A stretch of 13,865 nucleotides of DNA from Candidatus Bathyarchaeota archaeon (GCA_043826455.1 JBDRQD010000052.1:1-13865), one strand, 5' to 3'; counted from the first letter of the stretch, positions 1 through 7,760 are shown. Program-made: numbers and translations. Notes: generated by a model from the letters alone, not told the origin.

Positions 1-189
1 GCCGGCGTCCGGGGAGACTTCAAGAGCCTCACCAAGGCCGTGTTCTGGGCCACTTTGGGCAGCCTCGCCACCCTTTACGTGGCGTTCCCCGACTCCACAC
101 TGACCACACGGATCATCCCCGTGGAGATCGCCCTACTGGCCGGCATGGCCCTCGGCTACCTCAGCTTCGGTAAGGAGGAGACAGGATGA
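1..189 (+). CDS. Membrane protein, C-terminal fragment (5' end outside the window)
   Basis: Frame 1 is open from base 1 to TGA 187-189: AGVRGDFKSLTKAVFWATLGSLATLYVAFPDSTLTTRIIPVEIALLAGMALGYLSFGKEETG*. It has two hydrophobic segments and the SD for the next ORF in its last codons. Confidence 0.7.
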   Translation, partial: AGVRGDFKSLTKAVFWATLGSLATLYVAFPDSTLTTRIIPVEIALLAGMALGYLSFGKEETG

Positions 190-230
190 CGCAACACAGG
201 ACCCGGAAGGAGGAGTTGACAGCGGCATGA
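186..230 (+). CDS. 14-aa bridging mini-ORF (MTQHRTRKEELTAA)
   Basis: AAGGAGGAG at 172-180. ATG 186 overlaps the upstream TGA (ATGA), and its own TGA 228-230 overlaps ATG 227 of the ParB-like gene. Confidence 0.45.
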   Translation: MTQHRTRKEELTAA

Positions 231-1072
231 GCGAAGAATACGATCTTAAGCGCTCCAGGGAGAAGGTGGGTCAGCTCTACCCGGTTATAAAGGCTAACTG
301 GGGTGACAACCCCATCATTGACGGCTATCACCGCAAGAACGCTGACCCCGAGTGGCGTGAGGTGGTCCTTGAAGATATTGACAGTAAGGAGAAGTTTCTC
401 AAGGCCCGTATCATCGCCAACCTCCACAGGCGTACAGTCCCAGCCTCTGAAATTAAAGCCTGGGTCAACGAGTTAGCCGAATACGCGCGCAATGAGAAGG
501 GTATTCAGCCTGGTGAGATCAGCGGGTGGATCGCCGAAGAAACAGGGTACGCTGAGAGAACAATACGACGCTACCTTGACGAGAAATTTAAGGAACCCAG
601 AGGATTCGCAATACAAGGACAACCCACGGCCACTGAGACCGTGGAACCTACCGCCGTCGAGCTTGACGCCGCTGACCGGCTGAGCCCGGAGGCAATCGAG
701 AAGCTACGCCCAGAAATAGCCGACGAAACCATCCAACACACCACGGCAACATACGACGCACCCGAGGCCGCGGAGAGCATCCCCCACCAGATGGACGATG
801 AATCTGAGGAGGCCGGGGAAGCCGTCACCCGAGCCGAGCTTGAACAGGTGGGCCGCGAGATCGGTGAACAGATGAGGGAGGCCTTCAGCAGGCTCGATGT
901 CCGCCCCAACCACCGCTGGGAGCGCTTCGCCCTCAAGGGCCGCCTCCTCATGATAATCCACCAGCTGGAAAACCACACCCTCTACCACCCCACAGACCCC
1001 CAGGCCACCCTGGTCTGGAGCAACGGCGACACCGTACAGAAAGCCCTGGAACTCCTGGAGGGCCTGCCGTGA
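227..1072 (+). CDS. ParB/Sulfiredoxin-like N-terminal domain protein with HTH
   Basis: ParB/Srx signature GQLYPVI...IIDGYHR...ANLHRR, then an HTH-like segment (GEISGWIAEETGYAERTIRRYL), an acidic linker and a C-terminal domain. SD AAGGAGGAG at 207-215. Confidence 0.8.
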   Translation: MSEEYDLKRSREKVGQLYPVIKANWGDNPIIDGYHRKNADPEWREVVLEDIDSKEKFLKARIIANLHRRTVPASEIKAWVNELAEYARNEKGIQPGEISGWIAEETGYAERTIRRYLDEKFKEPRGFAIQGQPTATETVEPTAVELDAADRLSPEAIEKLRPEIADETIQHTTATYDAPEAAESIPHQMDDESEEAGEAVTRAELEQVGREIGEQMREAFSRLDVRPNHRWERFALKGRLLMIIHQLENHTLYHPTDPQATLVWSNGDTVQKALELLEGLP

Positions 1073-1716
1073 GCTACATCAACATGATCCCCAGCAGCAG
1101 CCTATACATGCTCACCCAGTGGGACCCAGACCTAAGGCTCCAGGCCTTCAGAGGCTCAGGCAGCGGCGCAGGCGAAGCCACCAGCTGGGAGATCACCATG
1201 GGGGACACCACCATAGGCAAAGGGTCCACAGCCCAGACAGTCAAGGCCGACCTGCTGTACGAGTTCGGGGGCGGCGAGGTTCCGTTGAAGCAGGTCTACG
1301 AGTCCGTTAAAGAGAAAACAGGTCTACCCGATATAAGCCTGGACAGCTTCGTCACCGTTGACCGGGGCTGCAGGCTGGGAGTCCCAGAGTGGGGCACAAC
1401 CATAAGAAGCACCTTCCGGCGCAGAAGCCTCCACCCGGGCATATTTAGGCGTATGACGGTGGACGGGCAGTACCCCCTCCAGGGCGTACACGTCATGCTT
1501 GACGGGATCAAGAGGAGCTTCGAGGCGCTACCCCAAGAAGTCAAGGTGAGGCTGAAGCCCAGCTGCCTCATCAGCGAGTACCACCCCGACGTGAGCCTGG
1601 ACGGCCCCGCCGTCTACGCCCTGAGGCGCCCCTACATGGTGTTCATGAGCACCTCCTCCCGGCTCTGGGAGCTGCTTGACATGGACTACAGGCACAGAGG
1701 AGGCCCTCCGAGATGA
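1069..1716 (+). CDS. Hypothetical protein, 215 aa (weak RAMP/Cas7-like pattern, see findings)
   Basis: GTG start overlaps the upstream TGA, GGAGG at 1057-1061, and its stop overlaps the next ATG. Function not established. Confidence 0.75.
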   Translation: MSYINMIPSSSLYMLTQWDPDLRLQAFRGSGSGAGEATSWEITMGDTTIGKGSTAQTVKADLLYEFGGGEVPLKQVYESVKEKTGLPDISLDSFVTVDRGCRLGVPEWGTTIRSTFRRRSLHPGIFRRMTVDGQYPLQGVHVMLDGIKRSFEALPQEVKVRLKPSCLISEYHPDVSLDGPAVYALRRPYMVFMSTSSRLWELLDMDYRHRGGPPR

Positions 1717-2834
1717 CCCAGCATGAGACCCGCGGCCTGGCCGTAGCCGAGGCCCCACGCGGCGAGCTGCTGCCCATCCTGGACCCCAAGGCCGCCAGGG
1801 CGGCGTATCATGCGTACCTTGAGCTCTGCCAGGCCATCCTGGTACCCTACGACAGGCGCATCGTCAAGGACGGCGTGGTGATCCAGGAGAGCGACTACGC
1901 CAGAATCCCCCAGCGGAAACAGGTAGACGGGAAGTGGATCACCGAGTACGTGGACGCCCCCAAGAAATCGGCGTGGCGCAAGCTAGGCAGGTTCTACGGC
2001 GTCAGCACCATGATCGTGGAGAAGAACAAGGAGACCCACCAGGACGGCAGCTACACGTATCACTACACGGTCAAGGCCACAGCCGGCGGCGTCAGCCAGG
2101 ACGGGGAGGGCAGCTGCACCAGCACCGAGAAGGGCGGCAAATCCGAGCACGATACCAGGGCCACGGCCCACACACGGGCCAAGAGCCGAGCCATCAGCGA
2201 CCTCATAGGCTTCGGCCAGGTGAGCGCCGAAGAGTACAGCAGCTACGAGGACGACCTACCACCTAAGCCGGTGGAGGCCACAGCCAAAGCCGTGAACCCC
2301 ACACCCCCAGCCAAGGCCGAGCCCCAGGCTGAGAAGCCCATAGTGGACCCGGCTGAGGAGACCGTGAAGGCCACCCTCAAGGCCAACGACCTGGACACCG
2401 GCCACCTCCTCATCGTCCGGTACGGCGACGTGGTTCGAGTCGAGCCGGAGGAGGGATTCGGCGTCTGGGACGACTACGACCGGGTGCTCAGGCTCCTCAA
2501 GGCCACGTGGATCAACGAGGAGTTACGCTGGGAGATACCCGCCGAGAACCTAGGGCACCCCACCGACAGCCCCAAGCCGGAGCCCGAGGAGCCCGTGTAC
2601 GACCTGTGGGCCGTTGACTGGAAGCTGAAGGGCGGCGAACCCGCCCCACGTGACACGAGCTGGGCGTGGGCCTTCGCATACACCAGGGACGGCGACTACG
2701 TGCCCGAGGTCAAGCCCCTCGTCCAGTTCATCGAGCAGTACGGGCAGCTGGAGGCAGAGGGATACACCGTCACCCTGGGAGGCCGAGACAAGAACCTCCT
2801 CAACCTGAAGAAAAACAAGGAGGCAAAGAAGTGA
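1713..2834 (+). CDS. Putative single-strand DNA annealing protein/recombinase (Rad52/Rad22-like) with C-terminal accessory domains
   Basis: KKSAWRKLGRFYGVS...TVKATAGG...DGEGSC...HDTRATAHTRAKSRAISDLIGFGQVSAEE matches the viral SSAP core pattern (beta-strands, G-x-G, then A-x-T-R-A-x-x-R-A helix). A Pro/Ala/Glu linker and two small Trp-rich domains follow. GGAGG at 1699-1703. Confidence 0.65.
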   Translation: MTQHETRGLAVAEAPRGELLPILDPKAARAAYHAYLELCQAILVPYDRRIVKDGVVIQESDYARIPQRKQVDGKWITEYVDAPKKSAWRKLGRFYGVSTMIVEKNKETHQDGSYTYHYTVKATAGGVSQDGEGSCTSTEKGGKSEHDTRATAHTRAKSRAISDLIGFGQVSAEEYSSYEDDLPPKPVEATAKAVNPTPPAKAEPQAEKPIVDPAEETVKATLKANDLDTGHLLIVRYGDVVRVEPEEGFGVWDDYDRVLRLLKATWINEELRWEIPAENLGHPTDSPKPEPEEPVYDLWAVDWKLKGGEPAPRDTSWAWAFAYTRDGDYVPEVKPLVQFIEQYGQLEAEGYTVTLGGRDKNLLNLKKNKEAKK

Positions 2835-3481
2835 CCACCGACACCGCCCCCATAACCTGGGAGGAGCTGCTGAGCAACTGCTTCTCCCCAAAGACCCTCA
2901 CACAGGCCCACGTTGGAAGGTTCCGCAAGGACGGCCCCTACATGATCAGGCTGAGCTGGGACAGGGAAGGACTGCCCCTGAACCAGCAGATCATCTGGCT
3001 CCTCTACCACCCCAGATCAATGAAGCCCGTAGAGAAGATACTTGACAGCCTCGGGAACACGGCGAGACTAGCCGAAGGACACCACACCCTGATCATAGAC
3101 GACTACAACCCCGAGACCCACTGGGCTCACACAATCCTGATGCTATCGGACGGCGCCTTTACCTACAACACCTGCACAATGGAAATGAACGACGGCTCCA
3201 AGGGACACATAGGGTGGATCGTGGGCCAGGGAAGAGACCTGGCCTGCGACGACGACACCACGGGAGCCCTGCATGTAATCATCGCGAACATAATACCCGC
3301 AATGAAGCCCAGGCACAGAAACAGTGACCCCTTCCTTCTCAACGGACAGAAAAAACTGGGTAAAATGAAAGAGGTCATGAACAGGGAAGGGTTCCGGTGG
3401 AGCGAAAACACGGTTGTGGAGCTCAGGGGACGGGATAGCTTAGCCGAAGGTAACGTAGACAAGGAGGCCAAGGCCAAGTGA
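2831..3481 (+). CDS. Hypothetical protein, 216 aa (MTTDTAPITWEELL...)
   Basis: Start revised from 2666 to GTG 2831, which overlaps the upstream TGA and follows GGAGG 2819-2823. Confidence 0.75.
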   Translation: MTTDTAPITWEELLSNCFSPKTLTQAHVGRFRKDGPYMIRLSWDREGLPLNQQIIWLLYHPRSMKPVEKILDSLGNTARLAEGHHTLIIDDYNPETHWAHTILMLSDGAFTYNTCTMEMNDGSKGHIGWIVGQGRDLACDDDTTGALHVIIANIIPAMKPRHRNSDPFLLNGQKKLGKMKEVMNREGFRWSENTVVELRGRDSLAEGNVDKEAKAK

Positions 3482-3921
3482 CGGAGCACGATCCTTACTT
3501 CGAGGAGGGCGACCCCTGGATGGACGACTGCGGGGACGAGGAGGACCTGGGCTGTGGCAGCTGCGGCCCCTGGTGCCCCGAGTGGGGAGGCGACGGCCTC
3601 TGCATGCTCGCCATCATGGAGCAGGCCAGGCAGCGGGAAGAGTACCTTCAACTGCATACCCGGATAGCCGCGTGCCCCGTATGCGGGACCAGCCTCAAAG
3701 AGTACGACGTCTACTCTGGGGACAGAGAGCCCTGGACGTGGAGCCTCGGCTTCTACGACCCCATGATAGCCGCCATGGACGTCATGGGGCCGCTGTGGCT
3801 CAACAAGGGGGTCCTGCACAGCCAGGGCAGCGTGTACCACATCTGGATCGAGTGGGGCACAGGACGCGAGGAGCGGCTTCTACGCTACCTGGAGCACAAC
3901 CCGCTGGAGGCGGTGCCATGA
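3478..3921 (+). CDS. Cys-rich, acidic N-terminus, putative zinc-binding protein
   Basis: CGSCGPWC...LC and CPVCG motifs. GTGA overlap and GGAGG at 3463-3467. Confidence 0.75.
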   Translation: MTEHDPYFEEGDPWMDDCGDEEDLGCGSCGPWCPEWGGDGLCMLAIMEQARQREEYLQLHTRIAACPVCGTSLKEYDVYSGDREPWTWSLGFYDPMIAAMDVMGPLWLNKGVLHSQGSVYHIWIEWGTGREERLLRYLEHNPLEAVP

Positions 3922-4142
3922 GGTGCAGCCGCATGGACCTCAGAGACCGGAGCCTATGCCACCGCTGCACCAGGTACCAGAAAGCCTGGGTCAACCACTA
4001 CGAATCCGCCCTAAGCTGCCAGCCCGTCACCAGCGAACAAGCGCAGCGCCTCCTAGCCCAGAAACGCCAGCACCTCAAAGCCCTACAAGCCATAGACAGA
4101 GACCTTGACAACCTCCCAGCAGCCACAACCCTGAGACTCTGA
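3918..4142 (+). CDS. Small Cys-containing protein with coiled-coil tail, 74 aa (MRCSRMDLRDRSLCHRC...)
   Basis: ATG 3918 overlaps the upstream TGA, GGAGG at 3906-3910. This is the 3' part of track ORF 3573..4142. Confidence 0.65.
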   Translation: MRCSRMDLRDRSLCHRCTRYQKAWVNHYESALSCQPVTSEQAQRLLAQKRQHLKALQAIDRDLDNLPAATTLRL

Positions 4143-4153
4143 GGCATGATAAC

Positions 4154-4834
4154 ATGGATGAAAAACAGGTACACAGCCTCCAAGACATCATACCCTGGGA
4201 GAAGATCAGGTCCTTCGTAGACACCCACACCAAAAATAAGATACCCGAAGATGAGGTTAAACAGGCCGCACAGACGCTCAGCGGCCTCAACCAATACCAG
4301 ATCGCCGCCTTGCTCCGAGACCAGGATGCCCACTGTACCAGGTGCGGCGAGTGCTGCCGAAGATGCACCCCAATAGCCGTAACCAAACAAGAGATGAAGC
4401 AGATCGCGAAACACCTGGACACACCATACAAGAAGATGAAAAAACGGCTCCACCTCAAACACGTAGAGACAGGGCTGTACGAACTGAGAGGAAAACCCTG
4501 CCCCCTCTTCCGGGAGCCAGATACCTGCACCGTCTACAACGTCAGGCCACAGAGCTGCAGGCTGTACCCACTAGGCAGGTTTGCCATGGAGCAGTGCGCC
4601 ACCGGAATCATGAGGCTCCCCAGTGACTGCCCGGCCATAGAAGACATGCTTCTTCACCAACTCCTAGCCCAAATCGTGTACGAGAAGGCGGTGCGAGAAG
4701 GCGTACTCCCGGAGAACCCGCCAGCAGAGGCTCTGGAAACCCTCCTCAACAATGCAGGGTTCAGCCTCACCAGAGACCCCATCAAACAAGTCCTGGTCTC
4801 AAAGATCGTTCAAACCACGAGGAGGCAGAGGTAA
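4154..4834 (+). CDS. YkgJ-family cysteine-cluster protein (CxxCxxCC, putative Zn/Fe-S binding)
   Basis: CTRCGECCRRC...CPLF...CTVYNVRPQSCRLYP...CP is the canonical YkgJ/CxxCxxCC motif set. Confidence 0.9.
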   Translation: MDEKQVHSLQDIIPWEKIRSFVDTHTKNKIPEDEVKQAAQTLSGLNQYQIAALLRDQDAHCTRCGECCRRCTPIAVTKQEMKQIAKHLDTPYKKMKKRLHLKHVETGLYELRGKPCPLFREPDTCTVYNVRPQSCRLYPLGRFAMEQCATGIMRLPSDCPAIEDMLLHQLLAQIVYEKAVREGVLPENPPAEALETLLNNAGFSLTRDPIKQVLVSKIVQTTRRQR

Positions 4835-7363
4835 CTGTTTTCCCATGAAGAAGTCAGGCTGAGCAAGACCGGGAACGGCGAACCAGTCATCGCCCTGGAG
4901 CAGGAGGGCCTATACCTAGAGGTATCTAGGATCGGCGAGAAGTGGCGTTTCGCCGTCAAGGACTTCCGGGACCCCTTCAGCCCTCGCGCCACCCACCGGA
5001 TCGAGATAGACGCGCCTCAGAAACTGGTCACAAGCAGACTAGCTAAACCCATACGTGAAGCGATCCAGACACTGTACAGAGACCACCAGAGGGCCCTCAG
5101 TAAGGTGATACAGCTAATCCAGCGAAACGAGGAACTCTTTACACTTGAAGAGAGAGGCCCAGACGGCGCACCTGCGAGCGAGCGCGACGATGAAAAGCCG
5201 GCGGAGGCCGTGGTGAGGCTGGCCGGGGAACACGGCATCATCCTCTTCCGGGACCAGTTCACCGAGCCCTGCACCTACCTGAAGACATCCCAGGAAAGGG
5301 AAACCATGGACGTGAGACGCTACAAGCTAGATTTAACACACTCGACACCCGGAAACGGGCATGAAAACAGCCCTTCTCCAGAAAACGGGCAAGAAAATCA
5401 AGTTGACGCTAATGACGCTAGCTCCTTCCCTAAGTCCCCAGGAAATGAATATAATATCATATATGTATATGGTGGTAGCCTTAACAATAAGAGCCTAGCG
5501 TCAGTAGCGGTCGGTAGCGTCATTGATGTTTGGCAGGTTCACCGTCTCCGCAGCCGGTTCATAAGCGACTTCCTCTCCGCGCTCTTTTACAGGAAAACCG
5601 GGAAGGCCGCGGGCAAGGACCAGATAAACAGCGCCATCAGTATTCTGGCGGGCCAGGCCCAGGGGAAACCCCAGACCCCGCTCTGGAACCGGGCGGCGCC
5701 GGACGGGGAGGGCGGCGTGTGGCTGGATATGAGCAACGACAGGTGGGAGGCTATACACGTCACCCGGGAGGGGTGGGAGGTAGTCTCCAGGCCGCCCATC
5801 CTGTTCAGGCGGTACCCCCACCAGAAGCCCATGGTGAGGCCCGCCCCGGGCGGTAACCTGGCAAGCCTCCTCGACTTCTGTAACCTGAGCAGCGTAGACG
5901 ACCAGCTTCTCTTCCTGGTGATAGCGGTTCATTACCTGATCCCCGGGTTCCCCCACATCGGGGTCTGCCTCTGGGGGACCCACGGCAGCGTCAAGTCTAC
6001 CCAGCAGCGCCTGGTGAAGGCCCTCATAGACCCCAGCAGCGTGGGCCTCCTGTCCATGCCCGGGCCAAACGACATGGCCGAGCTCATCCAGCAGCTGGAC
6101 CACCACTACCTACCCTTCTATGATAACGTGACCAGCGTAAGCAACGACCAGAGCGACACCCTGAGCCGGGCCATAACAGGCATAGGCAACCAGAGGAGAG
6201 CCCTCTACACCGACGATGACACGTATCTGAGGGAGTTCCAGCGGTGTGTGAGCCTCAACGGGATCAACGTCCCGGCCAGTAACCCGGACTTCTTGAACCG
6301 GTTCGTGGTCATGGAGTGCCCCTACCTCCCGGAGGCGTACAGGAGGTCGGAGAAGGAGCTGGAGGCGGAGTTCAACGAGAAGGCTCCTTACATTCTGGGG
6401 GCCATGCTCGACTCGGTGGTGAAGGCCCTCAACGTTTACCCCGGCATCGAGGAGAAGGTGGTGGCGTTCCCCAGGATGGCTGACGCCACCCTCTGGTGCT
6501 GTGCCATAGCGGAGGCCCTGGGCGTCGGATACCGGTTTTTCTTGAACGCTTACCGGGTGAACATCGGTGAGGTGGAGGAAAGCACCGTCCGGAGCTCTCC
6601 CATAGGTGAGCCGCTTCTGGCGTTCCTGGAAGTCGTGCTGAAAGACAGGGAGACGGTGACTGTGACCGCCACGCAGCTTCTGACGACTCTGAAACAGTAT
6701 GCGGAGGCGGAGGGGCAGAGCCTGAAAACCGGGGACTTCCCGCCGGACTCCACGAGGCTGAGCAAGGAGCTCAACAAGATTAAGGCGAACCTGCCTAAGA
6801 TGGGGTACCATCTCCGAGATGATAGGGGTGATGGTAAGGCACGTAGGAAGGTGTTCACCCGCATCAAGTCAACCAAGCTGACAGAAAACTACACGCCGGC
6901 TCAGCGCAGCGTGAACACGTGGAGCGCCGAGGACCTGAGACACGTCCTGGACCCGGAGACATACCGGCGGGACGGCTCAAGGGCTCGGGGCGGGAAACAG
7001 GTTGTGGGCGACGACGTACCGGAGCGGCGTCTGGCTCAAGATGAGGGCACGGGGTTAGCAGCCGAGGCCATTCAGCGCGGTGAGACCCAGAGCCCAGAGG
7101 CTTTGGAGGGTGAGCAGGCGAAGGCGGAAAACGAGACCTCCCCTAGATATGAAAGCGGCCACACCGTCAACGTCCAGGACCTCTACATGAAAGCCGTCAA
7201 GGTACTGAAGGAGGCGGGCGGACGGATGTGGGCCGGAGAGTTCTGGGACGCCCTGGAGAAGCTGGGGCACCCGCGGAAGCTGGCTGAGTACCCGCTGAAG
7301 AACCCGGACAGCCCCGTGGAGTTCGTGGGGCTCCACGTCAAACTCAAGGAGGCTGAGCCATGA
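4835..7363 (+). CDS. AAA+ P-loop ATPase, putative replicative helicase/replication protein of mobile elements (probable CTG start at 4835; track start 5105)
   Basis: Walker A-like GTHGSVKST, Walker B FYDNV, SDTLSRAITG, RRALYTDDD, LNGIN and PDFLNR (Arg finger), PRMAD, and winged-helix-like C-terminal parts. The frame is open from 4835, with GGAGG at 4821-4825. Confidence 0.8.
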   Translation: MFSHEEVRLSKTGNGEPVIALEQEGLYLEVSRIGEKWRFAVKDFRDPFSPRATHRIEIDAPQKLVTSRLAKPIREAIQTLYRDHQRALSKVIQLIQRNEELFTLEERGPDGAPASERDDEKPAEAVVRLAGEHGIILFRDQFTEPCTYLKTSQERETMDVRRYKLDLTHSTPGNGHENSPSPENGQENQVDANDASSFPKSPGNEYNIIYVYGGSLNNKSLASVAVGSVIDVWQVHRLRSRFISDFLSALFYRKTGKAAGKDQINSAISILAGQAQGKPQTPLWNRAAPDGEGGVWLDMSNDRWEAIHVTREGWEVVSRPPILFRRYPHQKPMVRPAPGGNLASLLDFCNLSSVDDQLLFLVIAVHYLIPGFPHIGVCLWGTHGSVKSTQQRLVKALIDPSSVGLLSMPGPNDMAELIQQLDHHYLPFYDNVTSVSNDQSDTLSRAITGIGNQRRALYTDDDTYLREFQRCVSLNGINVPASNPDFLNRFVVMECPYLPEAYRRSEKELEAEFNEKAPYILGAMLDSVVKALNVYPGIEEKVVAFPRMADATLWCCAIAEALGVGYRFFLNAYRVNIGEVEESTVRSSPIGEPLLAFLEVVLKDRETVTVTATQLLTTLKQYAEAEGQSLKTGDFPPDSTRLSKELNKIKANLPKMGYHLRDDRGDGKARRKVFTRIKSTKLTENYTPAQRSVNTWSAEDLRHVLDPETYRRDGSRARGGKQVVGDDVPERRLAQDEGTGLAAEAIQRGETQSPEALEGEQAKAENETSPRYESGHTVNVQDLYMKAVKVLKEAGGRMWAGEFWDALEKLGHPRKLAEYPLKNPDSPVEFVGLHVKLKEAEP
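5353..5397 (+). repeat. Imperfect direct repeat AAACGGGCA(T/A)GAAAA x2, 30-nt period
   Basis: Copies at 5353-5367 and 5383-5397 match at 14/15 positions and lie just upstream of the iterons. Confidence 0.75.
5404..5524. other. Putative replication origin: inverted iterons flanking an AT-rich core, inside the helicase gene
   Basis: TGACGCTA at 5404-5411 and 5413-5420. Core 5443-5470 is 25/28 A/T. Reverse complement TAGCGTCA at 5496-5503 and 5515-5522, with a degenerate TAGCGGTC at 5505-5512. Confidence 0.65.
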
Positions 7364-7614
7364 GCCTGGCGCTGAGCCTGAAGACGCCTGAGGAGATACG
7401 CCCCGGCGAGGTAGTAGCCTTCTGGGAGCAGCTGACCGAGCGCACACCCCACGACTGCTACGCAGTCTACCGGAGCCCGAACCGTGAGCTCCGGGCCTGG
7501 GTGGACGAGAAGGGGGCCGTGGCCACCATGTGGAATGTACACACCGGCCATGTATACCAGGAGAACAGAGAAGCCCTGTACCCGCTGATCAGCAGGCTGG
7601 GAGGCTGGATATGA
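7360..7614 (+). CDS. Hypothetical protein, 84 aa
   Basis: ATGA overlaps at both ends, GGAGG at 7348-7352. Confidence 0.7.
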   Translation: MSLALSLKTPEEIRPGEVVAFWEQLTERTPHDCYAVYRSPNRELRAWVDEKGAVATMWNVHTGHVYQENREALYPLISRLGGWI

Positions 7615-7760
7615 TGAGGTGTGTAGAGTGCCCGTACAGGGTGGACCCCTTCTTCTACTGTTCAAGGCTCAGGCAGCCCATAGACGACGGCAAGACCGTG
7701 ATAGTGGGCTGCAACGTAGACGGCAAGATGGACTGGGTGGAGGATGAGAAGCGTGTTTGA
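7611..7760 (+). CDS. Small Cys-rich protein, 49 aa (MMRCVECPYRVDPFFYC...GC...)
   Basis: ATG 7611 overlaps the upstream TGA, GGAGG at 7600-7604, and four Cys. This is the 3' part of track ORF 7530..7760. Confidence 0.6.
   Translation: MMRCVECPYRVDPFFYCSRLRQPIDDGKTVIVGCNVDGKMDWVEDEKRV

Noticed and set aside
2666..2830. Track start at 2666 for the 271-aa ORF
   Set aside because: It overlaps the SSAP gene by 169 nt with Arg/Gly-rich off-frame sequence; GTG 2831 has an SD and a 4-nt overlap.
3573..3917. 5' part of track ORF 3573..4142, and likewise 7530-7610, 10867-10911 and 12910-13077
   Set aside because: These are off-frame extensions lying within upstream genes; SD-supported coupled starts exist downstream.
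5353..5524. CRISPR or mini-array interpretation of the repeats
   Set aside because: The repeats are 8-15 nt, partly inverted, irregularly spaced and inside an ORF, with no repeat-spacer periodicity.
5270..5545. Intein as the explanation for the helicase insertion
   Set aside because: There is no C-terminal His-Asn followed by Cys/Ser/Thr, no intein block motifs, and it is too short; the DNA repeats explain it better.
5972..6001. Inactive Walker A in the ATPase (GTHGSVKST rather than GKS/T)
   Set aside because: The catalytic Lys-Ser/Thr, Walker B and Arg finger are intact, and substitution of the Gly before Lys is tolerated in several AAA+ helicases such as MCM (AKS).
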